Positions 45,339 to 54,034 of a stretch of 62,083 nt of DNA are shown here, in pieces. The notes under the pieces were generated by a model that was not told the origin of the DNA, did no database searches, and was given only the letters and a program-made list of their open reading frames with translations. The DNA comes from Candidatus Nanoarchaeia archaeon (lineage in GTDB: Archaea; Nanobdellota; Nanobdellia; Woesearchaeales; SM23-78). The stretch spans positions 1 through 62,083 of the forward strand of contig DATDWO010000071.1 of the NCBI GenBank assembly GCA_035289665.1, written 5' to 3'. Position numbers and translations under genes: made by a program. How positions within the stretch are numbered: position 1 is the stretch's first letter; each line of letters begins with the position of its first letter.

Positions 45339-47330
45339 ATGAAGAGCCATGTGTTTTTCTGCTTATTTTTACTCATGATTTCCGTGGCCGCAGCCCAGGA
45401 CCTCGCAGATTATGAGAGTTTGTGGTTGAAGGTGAACTTAAACAATACTCTTCAGATCACACATTCCAGCGAGGATTACTCCATCCAAGATGTCACAGCG
45501 ATTCTGGCTTGGTATCCGCGAGAAAACTCGTTTACCCAGATTCAATTCATTACCTCTGAGCCCAAGGCAGACTTCATGAGTGATGGCTTACGCTTCAGGT
45601 GGGAGTACCCAACCCAGGATAACCTATCCTTATCATGGGTGAGTCAAGTGAATAATTCGAGGCAATTCAAGCAGGTATATGGTAGGGTCTCATTTCCTTT
45701 GATAAAGTTGGACCCGGGTTTAGGAGAATACTTATTACCTGAAGAGATCATTGATTCAAGTCCAGAGATCAGTGAACTGGCTACCCGCTTAACAGAGGGT
45801 GAAACAGACCTGTATCAGGTGGTATTTAAGTTGGCTGAGTGGGTGCGGGAGCATGTTTCTTACAATTTAACTACATTAACCGCAGATGCTTCGCAAAAGG
45901 CTTCGTGGGTGTTAGAAAATAGAGAGGGGGTATGCGATGAGATCACTAGTTTGTTCATTGCGCTGTTGCGTTCTGTGGGAATTCCAGCGAGGTTTGTGGC
46001 AGGTCTTTCCTATACCAATCTTCCAGGACCAGATAAAAGCTGGGGTCCTCATGGTTGGGCTGAAGTCTTTTTCCCAGGGTATGGCTGGGTGCCGTTTGAC
46101 GTGACGTATGGAGAGTATGGTTGGTTGGATGCAGGCCATATTAAATTAGATGATTCATTGGATGCGCGGAAGAGCACGGTTACCTATACTGTACGGGGAA
46201 AGGACGTAAACCTGGTCTCAAAGGGAGTGGATTGGAACGTACAGGTTTTAGAGCAGGGTCGCTTGACTCGGGATGTGATGGACCTGAAGTTTTCTCCCTA
46301 TGCTGAGAAAGTTAATTTTGGCTCTCACAATCTATTGACATTGGAAGTCCAGAATTTAGAGAATTATTATGTCGCAAGCAAGTTTCATTTGTACCAGACA
46401 GAAGGAACGGAAGTTCTCGGAGAACGCTTAAGGATGGAATTATTTGGACCGCGGGAAAAAAAGAAGTTGTACTGGATGGTGAGGGTGAAGGAGAATTTAA
46501 AGACTGATTTTGAATATGCCTTCCCTTTCAGGGTGGATTCAACGTGGGGTGGGGCAAGGAACATCGGATTTAAGGCGAAGGCTGGAGAAGCCAATTTGCC
46601 GAGTGGTTTATTCATGTCTTTGGTACAGGTAGAGGAAGCAACCATGAAGAAGCCGTATTCACAAATTGTTGATTTTGCTTGCAGTCCAGACAAGGATCGC
46701 TCAAGGTTGGGAGAAACCATTACCGTTTATTGCGGTCTTTCCAATCATGGGGATGTGGTATTAAAGAGTGTGCGTTTATGCTTAGAGGAGGATTGTCAAT
46801 TGATCAATGTCGGGGTGGGTTCAACAGAACAGTTGACGTTTGTCAAAACGTTTGATTCAAGTCTGGCCAGTGTCTTGGTGATTCGTGCAGAAAACGCAGA
46901 TATTTCTAAAGCGGCTTACGTGCGGGTGAATGTGATTGCAGAACCCAAGTTGAACCTAACCCTGCTGGAAGCCCCAGCCATAATGGAGTTCAATGACATA
47001 AAAACAGTCAAGTTCATGCTAGGGAAAGAGTCTAAAGAAATGCCTAAGAACTTGACCATCCGGGTCTCTTACGCCTTTGGGGAGAGCAAGTGGGTAATGG
47101 ATGAGCTTTCTCAACCGTTCGAGTTTGACCTGAAGATTTACGGTTCAAAACTGGATTTTGAGAATGACTTCTTAGTCAAAGTGGAGTTCAAGGATGACTT
47201 TGGCGAGCCGCATCTCGCAGAAAAAAAGTTCCAAGTCAAGCTCGTAAACCTCAACATTCCTCAGAAAGTACAGGTCTATTCTGCTGAGTTTGCTTTCTGG
47301 CTGGACCGATTCTTTAAGAAGATATTCTGA
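45339..47330 (+). CDS. secreted transglutaminase-like protein
   Basis: Signal peptide. EGVCDEITSLFIALLRSVGIPARFVAG...GPHGWAEVFFPGYGWVPFDVT is a Cys-His-Asp transglutaminase core. Confidence 0.75.
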   Translation: MKSHVFFCLFLLMISVAAAQDLADYESLWLKVNLNNTLQITHSSEDYSIQDVTAILAWYPRENSFTQIQFITSEPKADFMSDGLRFRWEYPTQDNLSLSWVSQVNNSRQFKQVYGRVSFPLIKLDPGLGEYLLPEEIIDSSPEISELATRLTEGETDLYQVVFKLAEWVREHVSYNLTTLTADASQKASWVLENREGVCDEITSLFIALLRSVGIPARFVAGLSYTNLPGPDKSWGPHGWAEVFFPGYGWVPFDVTYGEYGWLDAGHIKLDDSLDARKSTVTYTVRGKDVNLVSKGVDWNVQVLEQGRLTRDVMDLKFSPYAEKVNFGSHNLLTLEVQNLENYYVASKFHLYQTEGTEVLGERLRMELFGPREKKKLYWMVRVKENLKTDFEYAFPFRVDSTWGGARNIGFKAKAGEANLPSGLFMSLVQVEEATMKKPYSQIVDFACSPDKDRSRLGETITVYCGLSNHGDVVLKSVRLCLEEDCQLINVGVGSTEQLTFVKTFDSSLASVLVIRAENADISKAAYVRVNVIAEPKLNLTLLEAPAIMEFNDIKTVKFMLGKESKEMPKNLTIRVSYAFGESKWVMDELSQPFEFDLKIYGSKLDFENDFLVKVEFKDDFGEPHLAEKKFQVKLVNLNIPQKVQVYSAEFAFWLDRFFKKIF

Positions 47331-47368
47331 CGATAGGTTTTAATAATCATTTTATTTCCAGTTCTTGA

Positions 47369-48307
47369 ATGGATCAAGTTGTGAATTGGTTTGTGAACAG
47401 TGCGTGCAATTTGCCTTGTGCTTATTGTTTTAGAGAACGAGATTTAGAGGAAAAAGGCACTGAGGGCATGTTACGTTTAGTGAAAGTATTGGGTAAAAAC
47501 AAAGTCAAGCGAGTGACGATCGGAGGCGGTGAACCACTTCTCAGATCGGATTTAGAAAGAATATTAGCCGCATTAAAAGAAGAAGGGATCTTCGTCAGTC
47601 TGCACACGAACGGAACGATATTAAAACAAAGGATCAAAGGGTTAAGAGGGTTGGTCGACATTCTAAGCCTTCCGATTGATAGCGTGGAGGAAGGAGAAAA
47701 TCAGCAAATGCGCGGCCGACCGTACGTCGGATTGATCGAAGAAATCATGGGATATGCTCATCCAGAGTTTAAGTTAGCGTTCAAAACAACTGCTACTCGA
47801 GTAAACTGGGCAAGTCTCCCGAAAATTTACGATCTCGTCCGTCAGGTTCCTTTCGATTATTGGAAAGTGTATCAGTTCAGACCATTGAATGAAGCTCAAG
47901 TATATGATAGCACATTCGCTTTGCCGGATAAAACATTTGAGGGCCTGCGAGCAGAACTAAGTGGTTTAGCAGACCGTCGCATCCAAGTGGTTAACCGTAA
48001 AGAAGGCCATCAACCCTATGTTTTCCTAGACAATCAAGGGAATGTTTCGACCGTGCATCCGGATCTTGAACAGAATATCCCAGTTGGAAACTTATTTGAG
48101 GCCGATCTAGAAGCTATAGGGGGATGTATCGATGCTATATATGGTGAAGGAAGCAGTTGGGGATTTGCTAGAAAAGTAAGAATCAATTGGCGTTCGCCAG
48201 AGAATTGGTGTTTGGTTAAAGAAAGGGGAGAGGGTACTTTTAGGATGAGAGTAGTTACAGCAACTCGTTACGATGATCCTCGATTGGCCTATTTTTCAGA
48301 CGATTAA
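47369..48307 (+). CDS. radical SAM protein, viperin-like (candidate prokaryotic viperin)
   Basis: CNLPCAYC is a CxxxCxxC cluster motif, with GGGEPLL. VDILSLPIDSVEE and FKTTATRVNW...YWKVYQF parallel viperin LDILAISCDSFDE and FKINSVINRFN...RWKVFQC, recalled from memory. Confidence 0.5.
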   Translation: MDQVVNWFVNSACNLPCAYCFRERDLEEKGTEGMLRLVKVLGKNKVKRVTIGGGEPLLRSDLERILAALKEEGIFVSLHTNGTILKQRIKGLRGLVDILSLPIDSVEEGENQQMRGRPYVGLIEEIMGYAHPEFKLAFKTTATRVNWASLPKIYDLVRQVPFDYWKVYQFRPLNEAQVYDSTFALPDKTFEGLRAELSGLADRRIQVVNRKEGHQPYVFLDNQGNVSTVHPDLEQNIPVGNLFEADLEAIGGCIDAIYGEGSSWGFARKVRINWRSPENWCLVKERGEGTFRMRVVTATRYDDPRLAYFSDD

Positions 48308-48681
48308 CGTACAAACTGCACGCCTTCCATGTCTTTGAAGCCTTGATCGCCAGTAAGAAATGGAATGCGATGGTGTCGAGCAAGCATATAGCCTACGCAG
48401 TCAATATAGGACAAACGCTTAGTTTTGAAAAGGGCCTTGAGTTGGCTGGCTTTCTTAATGAGGTCATCGGAAGGCTCAACCGCATAGGGAAGAAATCGGT
48501 CATAATACGCTTCTGCAGTGGTTTTTCCTTTTTTAAGGAGAAGGCCATAGTAAAGTTCCATAAGGTTCAAGCGGGTGGTGATAACAATCGCTCCTTTTTT
48601 ATAGGGGTCATAGTTTTTATTACCTCGGATAAGCTCAAAGAAAGCATAGGTATCAAAAAAATAAGGAGCTACGGTTCCCAT
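48304..48681 (-). CDS. vapC: PIN-domain toxin VapC
   Basis: FFDTYAFFELI N-terminal acidic motif and C-terminal YIDCVGY...LTGD. Overlaps the vapB stop. Confidence 0.7.
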   Translation of the reverse strand: MGTVAPYFFDTYAFFELIRGNKNYDPYKKGAIVITTRLNLMELYYGLLLKKGKTTAEAYYDRFLPYAVEPSDDLIKKASQLKALFKTKRLSYIDCVGYMLARHHRIPFLTGDQGFKDMEGVQFVR

Positions 48682-48881
48682 CCTTTTCTCACCAGGTTTT
48701 TAAATTTTTGACCAGACATCTTCGTTTTGAGGGTGCCAAACACATCACTCAGATCGGCCGGCTTGATGAGTTCTATAAGTACTTTGTCGTTGGGTCTAAT
48801 TTTTTTCTGTCGAAGAAGTTCCTTAGGTAGCACGACACCAAAGGAGTTCCCCCATCTCCGCACAATGAGTTCAACCGCCAT
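48669..48881 (-). CDS. vapB: AbrB/MazE-type antitoxin VapB
   Basis: VRRWGNSFGVVLPKELL is a SpoVT/AbrB motif. The promoter-like cgaaagctttaagtata lies upstream on the minus strand. Confidence 0.7.
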   Translation of the reverse strand: MAVELIVRRWGNSFGVVLPKELLRQKKIRPNDKVLIELIKPADLSDVFGTLKTKMSGQKFKNLVRKGWEP

Positions 48882-49009
48882 AAAAATAAGTTATACATTA
48901 GTTATACTTAAAGCTTTCGCCTCATTTTCCGGAAAGTTTACGGCAAAAAAAGAAGGGGCTCGAAACCACCGGAACAACCTTTATAAACATTATAAACCTT
49001 CTCGTCGAT

Positions 49010-50824
49010 ATGGAGCATGAAAAGATCGTGCCGGATACAAGCATCATCATAGAGGGTTTGCTCTCTCAAAAAATCAAGGCAAAGGAGCTCCATCCAAAGT
49101 TTGTCCTCATCCATGAAGCCGTAGTGGCAGAGCTCGAAAGCCAGGCCAATAAAGGCCGTGAAACTGGTCTGAAAGGCCTGGAAGAGATCAAGGCCATTCG
49201 TAATTTAACCAAATCTCATAAGTTTGAGGTGCAATTCAAGGGCTCTCGTCCAGGTGACTTCGAAATCCGTTACGCTAAGTCCGGAGAAATTGATTCGTTA
49301 ATCCGAGAATTAGCGGTTCAAGAGCAAGCCACTTTATTCACAGCCGATAAGGTTCAAGCAACGGTTGCAGAGTCCAAGGGAATTTCAGTAATCCTGTATG
49401 AATTCACAGCATCAGAAAAGCCCTTCATCCTAGTCAAGTACTTCACAGAGGACACCATGAGTGTTCACCTAAAGGAAGGCTGCGTTCCAAGAGCAAAAAA
49501 AGGCCTTCCAGGCAATTGGGAGTTCGTAAAGATTAGTAAAGAGATCTTATCAGCAGATGCATTGCGGGACATGGGAAAAGAAATATTAGAAGAAGCTTCT
49601 TTACGAGAGGACAGTTTCATTGAAGTGGAGCGCCGTAGTTCTTCCATTGTCCAAATTGCCAATTACCGCATTGTCATCACCCGCCCCCCATTCTCAGACG
49701 GTTATGAAATAACAGCCGTGCGTCCCATCAAACAGCTCTCCTTATCCGACTACAAATTGTCAGAGAAGTTAGCAGCTCGCATTGCCGAAAAAGCAGAAGG
49801 CATCTTAATTGCAGGGCCTCCCGGGCATGGGAAGAGCACCTTTTGCCAGGCCTTAGCTGAATTTTATCTTACTAAAAATAAGGTCATTAAGACCATCGAA
49901 ACACCCCGGGACTTGGTGTTAAGCGATGAAATCACCCAGTATTCTTTAAGCCATGGGGCCTCAAAGGAAATGCAAGACATCCTTCTTTTATCACGCCCAG
50001 ATTACACCTTGTTTGATGAGATGCGTTCCACCGAAGACTTCCGTCTCTATTCAGACCTGCGACTTAGCGGAGTCGGCATGGTTGGAGTTGTCCACGCAAC
50101 GGCGTGCATCGATGCCATCCAACGCTTCATCGGCCGAATTGAACTCGGCGTCATTCCGCACGTTATGGACACGGTTATTTTTATCCAAAACGGAAAAATA
50201 GATAAGGTCTTTAGCGTGGGAATGCAAGTAAAGGTCCCCGCAGGAATGACCGAAGCCGATTTGGCACGCCCCGTCGTCGTCGTGCATGACTTCGAATCAG
50301 GTAAGTTAGAGTTTGAAGTCTACTCATATGGAGAAGAAACCGTCGTCATCCCCGTCAAAACAGATTCAATAAGCCCGGCCGCCCGTCTCGCCATCGAGCC
50401 CATCAAGCAGGCCTTCAAGAAGTACTCCGAAAAGGTCGAGGTGGAGATGGTTTCGGACAACAAATGTGTGGTTTACGTTCCAGCTGAAAAGAAGATGGAG
50501 ATCATCGGCCCAAAAGGGGAGACCATCCAACGCATCGAAGAAAAACTAGGCATCTCGATTGACGTACGTGAACTTTTAGAAGGCAAGAAAAAATCCAGTA
50601 AAAGCCCAATTCCTTATGAAGTGAAGCACAACAAGTCCAACATCACCTTCCACCTAGCTGCCGAATACACCAACAAGGACGTGGACATCGTTGTTGACAA
50701 TGACTACCTACTCACGGCCCATTCTTCCAAGAAAGCTGACCTCAAGATGACAAGCGAGAGCAGCATGGGCAAGATCCTTCTGGCCGCCTTGAAGAAAGGA
50801 AAGAAAGTCGAGCTTAAAGTTTAA
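49010..50824 (+). CDS. PIN-domain + P-loop ATPase + KH-domain protein (PilT-like archaeal ATPase)
   Basis: N-terminal VPDTSIIIEG (PIN), GPPGHGKSTF Walker A, C-terminal EIIGPKGETIQRIEEKLGISIDV (KH). Confidence 0.7.
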   Translation: MEHEKIVPDTSIIIEGLLSQKIKAKELHPKFVLIHEAVVAELESQANKGRETGLKGLEEIKAIRNLTKSHKFEVQFKGSRPGDFEIRYAKSGEIDSLIRELAVQEQATLFTADKVQATVAESKGISVILYEFTASEKPFILVKYFTEDTMSVHLKEGCVPRAKKGLPGNWEFVKISKEILSADALRDMGKEILEEASLREDSFIEVERRSSSIVQIANYRIVITRPPFSDGYEITAVRPIKQLSLSDYKLSEKLAARIAEKAEGILIAGPPGHGKSTFCQALAEFYLTKNKVIKTIETPRDLVLSDEITQYSLSHGASKEMQDILLLSRPDYTLFDEMRSTEDFRLYSDLRLSGVGMVGVVHATACIDAIQRFIGRIELGVIPHVMDTVIFIQNGKIDKVFSVGMQVKVPAGMTEADLARPVVVVHDFESGKLEFEVYSYGEETVVIPVKTDSISPAARLAIEPIKQAFKKYSEKVEVEMVSDNKCVVYVPAEKKMEIIGPKGETIQRIEEKLGISIDVRELLEGKKKSSKSPIPYEVKHNKSNITFHLAAEYTNKDVDIVVDNDYLLTAHSSKKADLKMTSESSMGKILLAALKKGKKVELKV

Positions 50825-50893
50825 TGTCAAGTCTTTGATATACTACCTATTCTGCTGGAAACCTTTTTATATGAATCGTCGTTTATCTATAGT

Positions 50894-52387
50894 ATGGAGT
50901 CCAAACTAAAAGTCGTATTCACGTTTACAAAGCCCCTGGATGAAAAGGCTAAGAAATCGGCAGAGAAAATATTAAATGAACTTGAGAAAAAATTCAAGGA
51001 TAAAGATCCAGGTTTCTCCGCGAAGCCTGAATTAAAGGAAAAATTAACCCTTCACTTGACTACAGGAGATACCAATCCGACTCATTTCGTAGTTCAGCTG
51101 GATAGAAAACTAAAGGAAATTCTTGGTAAAGAGTGTAAAATAGGGACAAAAGACTACCACTTGGAAGAGTACGAGACTATATTTGATCTAGATCAAACAC
51201 CTCCGAAACCGATTAAAGTACCCTATGGGGAAGTCACAATTAAAGGTAAGGAAGTGCACCTTATCTACAAAAAGATAGACAAAGATTTTTTCGAGGATCA
51301 GATAGTCATGCGTACTGTATCCTTAATCAAAGAGAAGGTTAAGAAGCAATCCTATCAGGGTAAGGATGAGTTTAGAGAGCTCATGTGGGAGGGTCAGCAG
51401 CGCATCGTTACTTACACAAGCGATCCTGCAGTAGATTTAGAAAAAATGCGTTGGCTGAGAAGAACTTCTGCAAAGGCGCAATTTATCCTAGGAAGAGAGC
51501 TAACAGCCTTGATAGCGGTTTTTAAAGAACTCTTTGAGGAAAGAGTGTACAAAAAACTAGGCTTTTTCGAGATGACTTTCCCCAAGTTTGAGCCTTGGGA
51601 TGTTCCTGAAAAAAGCGGCCACGCAAAAAATATCTACCCCAATGCTTATTTTATCTCGGTCCCAAGAGAGTCCAGCGAAGAGTTTTGGGAGGATGTAATG
51701 GATGAGTATTACATCACACATAAGGTTCCCGCTCAAGAAGTGTTGAACAAAAGCGTTTGCGTGGGAATGATGAGCTTTGCTCAATGTCCTCCTTTTTGGC
51801 CTTACTTAGAGAAGTCGGTGATTGACGAAGAAAGCCTTCCATTATTAATATACGACTGGTCTGGTCCAACCTACCGCAATGAAGCCGGAGGAACGCATGG
51901 GTTGGATCGTGTGGAAGAATTCCATAGAATCGAAACCATATATTTAGGGACAAAAGAACAAGTGGTAAAAACCTGGCATGACCTAGCTGAAGCCATGCGA
52001 ACCTTTTTTGATCAAGCATTGGACTTAGAGATACGGCAATCCCGAGTGACTCCTTGGTGGATGGTGCATGGAGGAATCCAAGAAGATAAAAAAAACAACG
52101 ACGTTGGCACGTTTGATTTCGATGCCTACCTTCCGTACCGCGGTGACCGAATAAAAGAGTGGTTAGAAATCCAAAATGCAAGCTCAAACGGGGATAAATA
52201 TCCAAAAGCCTTCCAAGTGAAGGGTCGTAAAGAAGAGTTGTGGTCAGGTTGCGCAGGTGGTTCATTTGAACGTTGGCTGGCTGCCTTCTTGGGTCAGAAA
52301 GGCTTAGATCCAAAGAATTGGCCAGAACTCGTCCGCATACGATATATGGAAAAAATTAAGAAGATGAAGTCATTGAAATTTTATTAA
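50894..52387 (+). CDS. serS: seryl-tRNA synthetase, methanogen type (type 2)
   Basis: Extended collinear similarity, recalled from memory, to Methanosarcina-type SerRS: SGHAKNIYP, FAQCPPFWPY, GGTHGLDRVEEFHRIE, RVTPWWM, YLPYRG, NGDKYPKAF, ELWSGCAGGSFERWLAAFLGQKGLDPKNWP. Confidence 0.8.
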   Translation: MESKLKVVFTFTKPLDEKAKKSAEKILNELEKKFKDKDPGFSAKPELKEKLTLHLTTGDTNPTHFVVQLDRKLKEILGKECKIGTKDYHLEEYETIFDLDQTPPKPIKVPYGEVTIKGKEVHLIYKKIDKDFFEDQIVMRTVSLIKEKVKKQSYQGKDEFRELMWEGQQRIVTYTSDPAVDLEKMRWLRRTSAKAQFILGRELTALIAVFKELFEERVYKKLGFFEMTFPKFEPWDVPEKSGHAKNIYPNAYFISVPRESSEEFWEDVMDEYYITHKVPAQEVLNKSVCVGMMSFAQCPPFWPYLEKSVIDEESLPLLIYDWSGPTYRNEAGGTHGLDRVEEFHRIETIYLGTKEQVVKTWHDLAEAMRTFFDQALDLEIRQSRVTPWWMVHGGIQEDKKNNDVGTFDFDAYLPYRGDRIKEWLEIQNASSNGDKYPKAFQVKGRKEELWSGCAGGSFERWLAAFLGQKGLDPKNWPELVRIRYMEKIKKMKSLKFY

Positions 52388-53058
52388 CGTGAATGAAACA
52401 CCGTCTTGGTTCCTTCGTGCATGGTCTTGCGTTGTAACGTAATAATCACCTCTTCAATCAGAGTGATAACACCACACAGCGCACAGATATATAGGAACAG
52501 CTCAGAATAACCATACATCACGGCGTGGGCAAAGAACAAGTAAATCAGAGTCAATTCCAGCTTTCCTGAATACAAGTGCAACGGAAGGAAGCGGTGGTAA
52601 GTCCATAATTGCAGGCTTAGGTTAATGGCCAATAAAACAAAAAGACCCACAATCAAGGTGAGGTGTTCCCGAATCAAATCCGGTAGCAGGAGAAAGGCCC
52701 AAAAGATCATAGATAAGCCAATCAGGTTGTCTACAAAGCTGTCAAACGCCGCTCCAAAGTGCGTCGTCTGATTTAGTTTTCTAGCCGTGTAACCGTCTAA
52801 AATGTCGGTAAGCCCGGCAAGTAGGAAAAAAGCGGCAAAAGCCGTGCGAAGTTCAAGTAAAGCAGTAAGCCACAAAGGAAGCAGCAACACAAACCTAGAG
52901 AACGTAATCTGGTTGGGGATGGATTCCATGGCTTCATAAAAGCCAGGTTTTTTCCAAACGTTGGGCTTATTCCTTGAGCCATTTCTTCTTTTTGAGTTTC
53001 GTGTACTTTTCATGGATGGGATGCTCGCTGTCTTCATCGACTTCAACATTTTCCTCAA
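52384..53058 (-). CDS. CDP-alcohol phosphatidyltransferase
   Basis: DILDGYTARKLNQTTHFGAAFDSFVDN is the DGx2ARx8Gx3Dx3D motif. The true start may be the internal MESIPNQ. Confidence 0.75.
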   Translation of the reverse strand: MRKMLKSMKTASIPSMKSTRNSKRRNGSRNKPNVWKKPGFYEAMESIPNQITFSRFVLLLPLWLTALLELRTAFAAFFLLAGLTDILDGYTARKLNQTTHFGAAFDSFVDNLIGLSMIFWAFLLLPDLIREHLTLIVGLFVLLAINLSLQLWTYHRFLPLHLYSGKLELTLIYLFFAHAVMYGYSELFLYICALCGVITLIEEVIITLQRKTMHEGTKTVFHSR

Positions 53059-53126
53059 ACTCTTTCTCTAGTTTCTTGCGGATCTTGTCGAGTTCACTCA
53101 TAGAAAAAGCCAAGCAGTTGTTTTAT

Positions 53127-53663
53127 TTAAACTTTTAGTCTGTAAAGTTTAGCGGGCTGAGATTCTCTCTGAACGAGTCTTTCCAGGTCAAGACCTTTTG
53201 GAAGATGCAATTGATATTCATTTCTAGTCACAGATTGGAAGTCCAAAGAAGGCGGCAGGTCGCCTCTATGGACATAAATATAGCTAGCCTTAGGGGTGCG
53301 AGAAACAGGAAAAGGCCGAATCCAGTCCCATGGAAGGAACCAAACTTGGGGATTGCGCACATAAAGGCCTAAATGATGAAGAGGTGTTCCAGGATCTAAG
53401 GTTGAAACGGGGGTTCTAAAATTGTAGAGAAGAAAAGCCCAATAAAGTGTTTTATCGGGCTGTTGGGAGGGAAATTTATCTACCTGCTCATAATGGACAG
53501 GCCAAGTGAGGTGCCATCGGTCGCTTCGACACTTGAGTTCAATGCCCAGGTCTTTCCCAAGAAGGTCGATGCCATTGTTTCCGGCAACGTTCAATCCGAA
53601 CATCCTAGAGAATCGGTAAGCATGGTAGGCAGAGATGACATTCTTAAAAACTTGAGAATTCAT
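53127..53663 (-). CDS. hypothetical protein with PD-(D/E)XK-like motif
   Basis: GIDLLGKDLGIELKC fits a D...ExK nuclease core. Trp/Pro-rich C-terminal half. Leaderless-looking, with a TATA-like box ~27 nt upstream. Confidence 0.4.
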   Translation of the reverse strand: MNSQVFKNVISAYHAYRFSRMFGLNVAGNNGIDLLGKDLGIELKCRSDRWHLTWPVHYEQVDKFPSQQPDKTLYWAFLLYNFRTPVSTLDPGTPLHHLGLYVRNPQVWFLPWDWIRPFPVSRTPKASYIYVHRGDLPPSLDFQSVTRNEYQLHLPKGLDLERLVQRESQPAKLYRLKV

Positions 53664-53680
53664 AAAGCAGGGGATGCTCT

Positions 53681-53696
53681 AAGGTTTATAATCCTT
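53681..53696. promoter_or_regulatory. near-palindromic TATA-like box, potentially bidirectional
   Basis: aaggtttataatcctt lies 18-35 nt upstream of the minus-strand ATG (53663). It also lies ~25-30 nt upstream of the first hairpins on the + strand. Confidence 0.4.
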
Positions 53697-53701
53697 AGTA
53701 A

Positions 53702-53982
53702 CAAAAATCAGTGATTTTTGGAACAAAGAAATCCAATTCGGATTTCTTGTTCGAGAAGTGCCGTGCACTTCTCTGAACCAACAGAAATGCATAGCATTTC
53801 TGTGGCCCAAAAAGCGTAGCTTTTTGAGGCTTCCAAAAATTTCGTGCTAAAGCGCACAGAAAGGCCGTAGTCTTTCTGGCGCGCACAAGAGCAGCGCTCT
53901 TGGCGCAATAGGAACCATGTTCCTTTTTGCGCCAGAAACTGCTGTTTCTGAGCGCACGAAACTTTAAACCACGAAATTTTTG
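53702..53982 (+). ncRNA. candidate structured RNA / hairpin array (about 10 abutting hairpins); strand and transcription unproven
   Basis: Hairpins at 53702-20, 53721-52, 53753-73, 53778-805 and 53808-26. A 13-bp long-range stem, 53834-46 / 53970-82, encloses four GCGC-clamped hairpins (53852-82, 53881-906, 53902-33, 53929-55). The region ends in a T5 run. Confidence 0.4.
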
Positions 53983-54034
53983 TTAGGAGGAAAGCTTTAT
54001 AAGCCGGTTTCCTGTTTCTATAGATAGGTATAGG

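Noticed and set aside
53702-53995. Possibility that the hairpin array is SRP RNA or RNase P RNA.
   Set aside because: No helix-8 GGAA/AGCA-type SRP motifs were seen, and no RNase P CR-I/CR-V blocks. The only gaggaaagc-like word (about 53987-53995) lies outside the structure in the flippase promoter. The architecture is serial short hairpins rather than one long paired rod.
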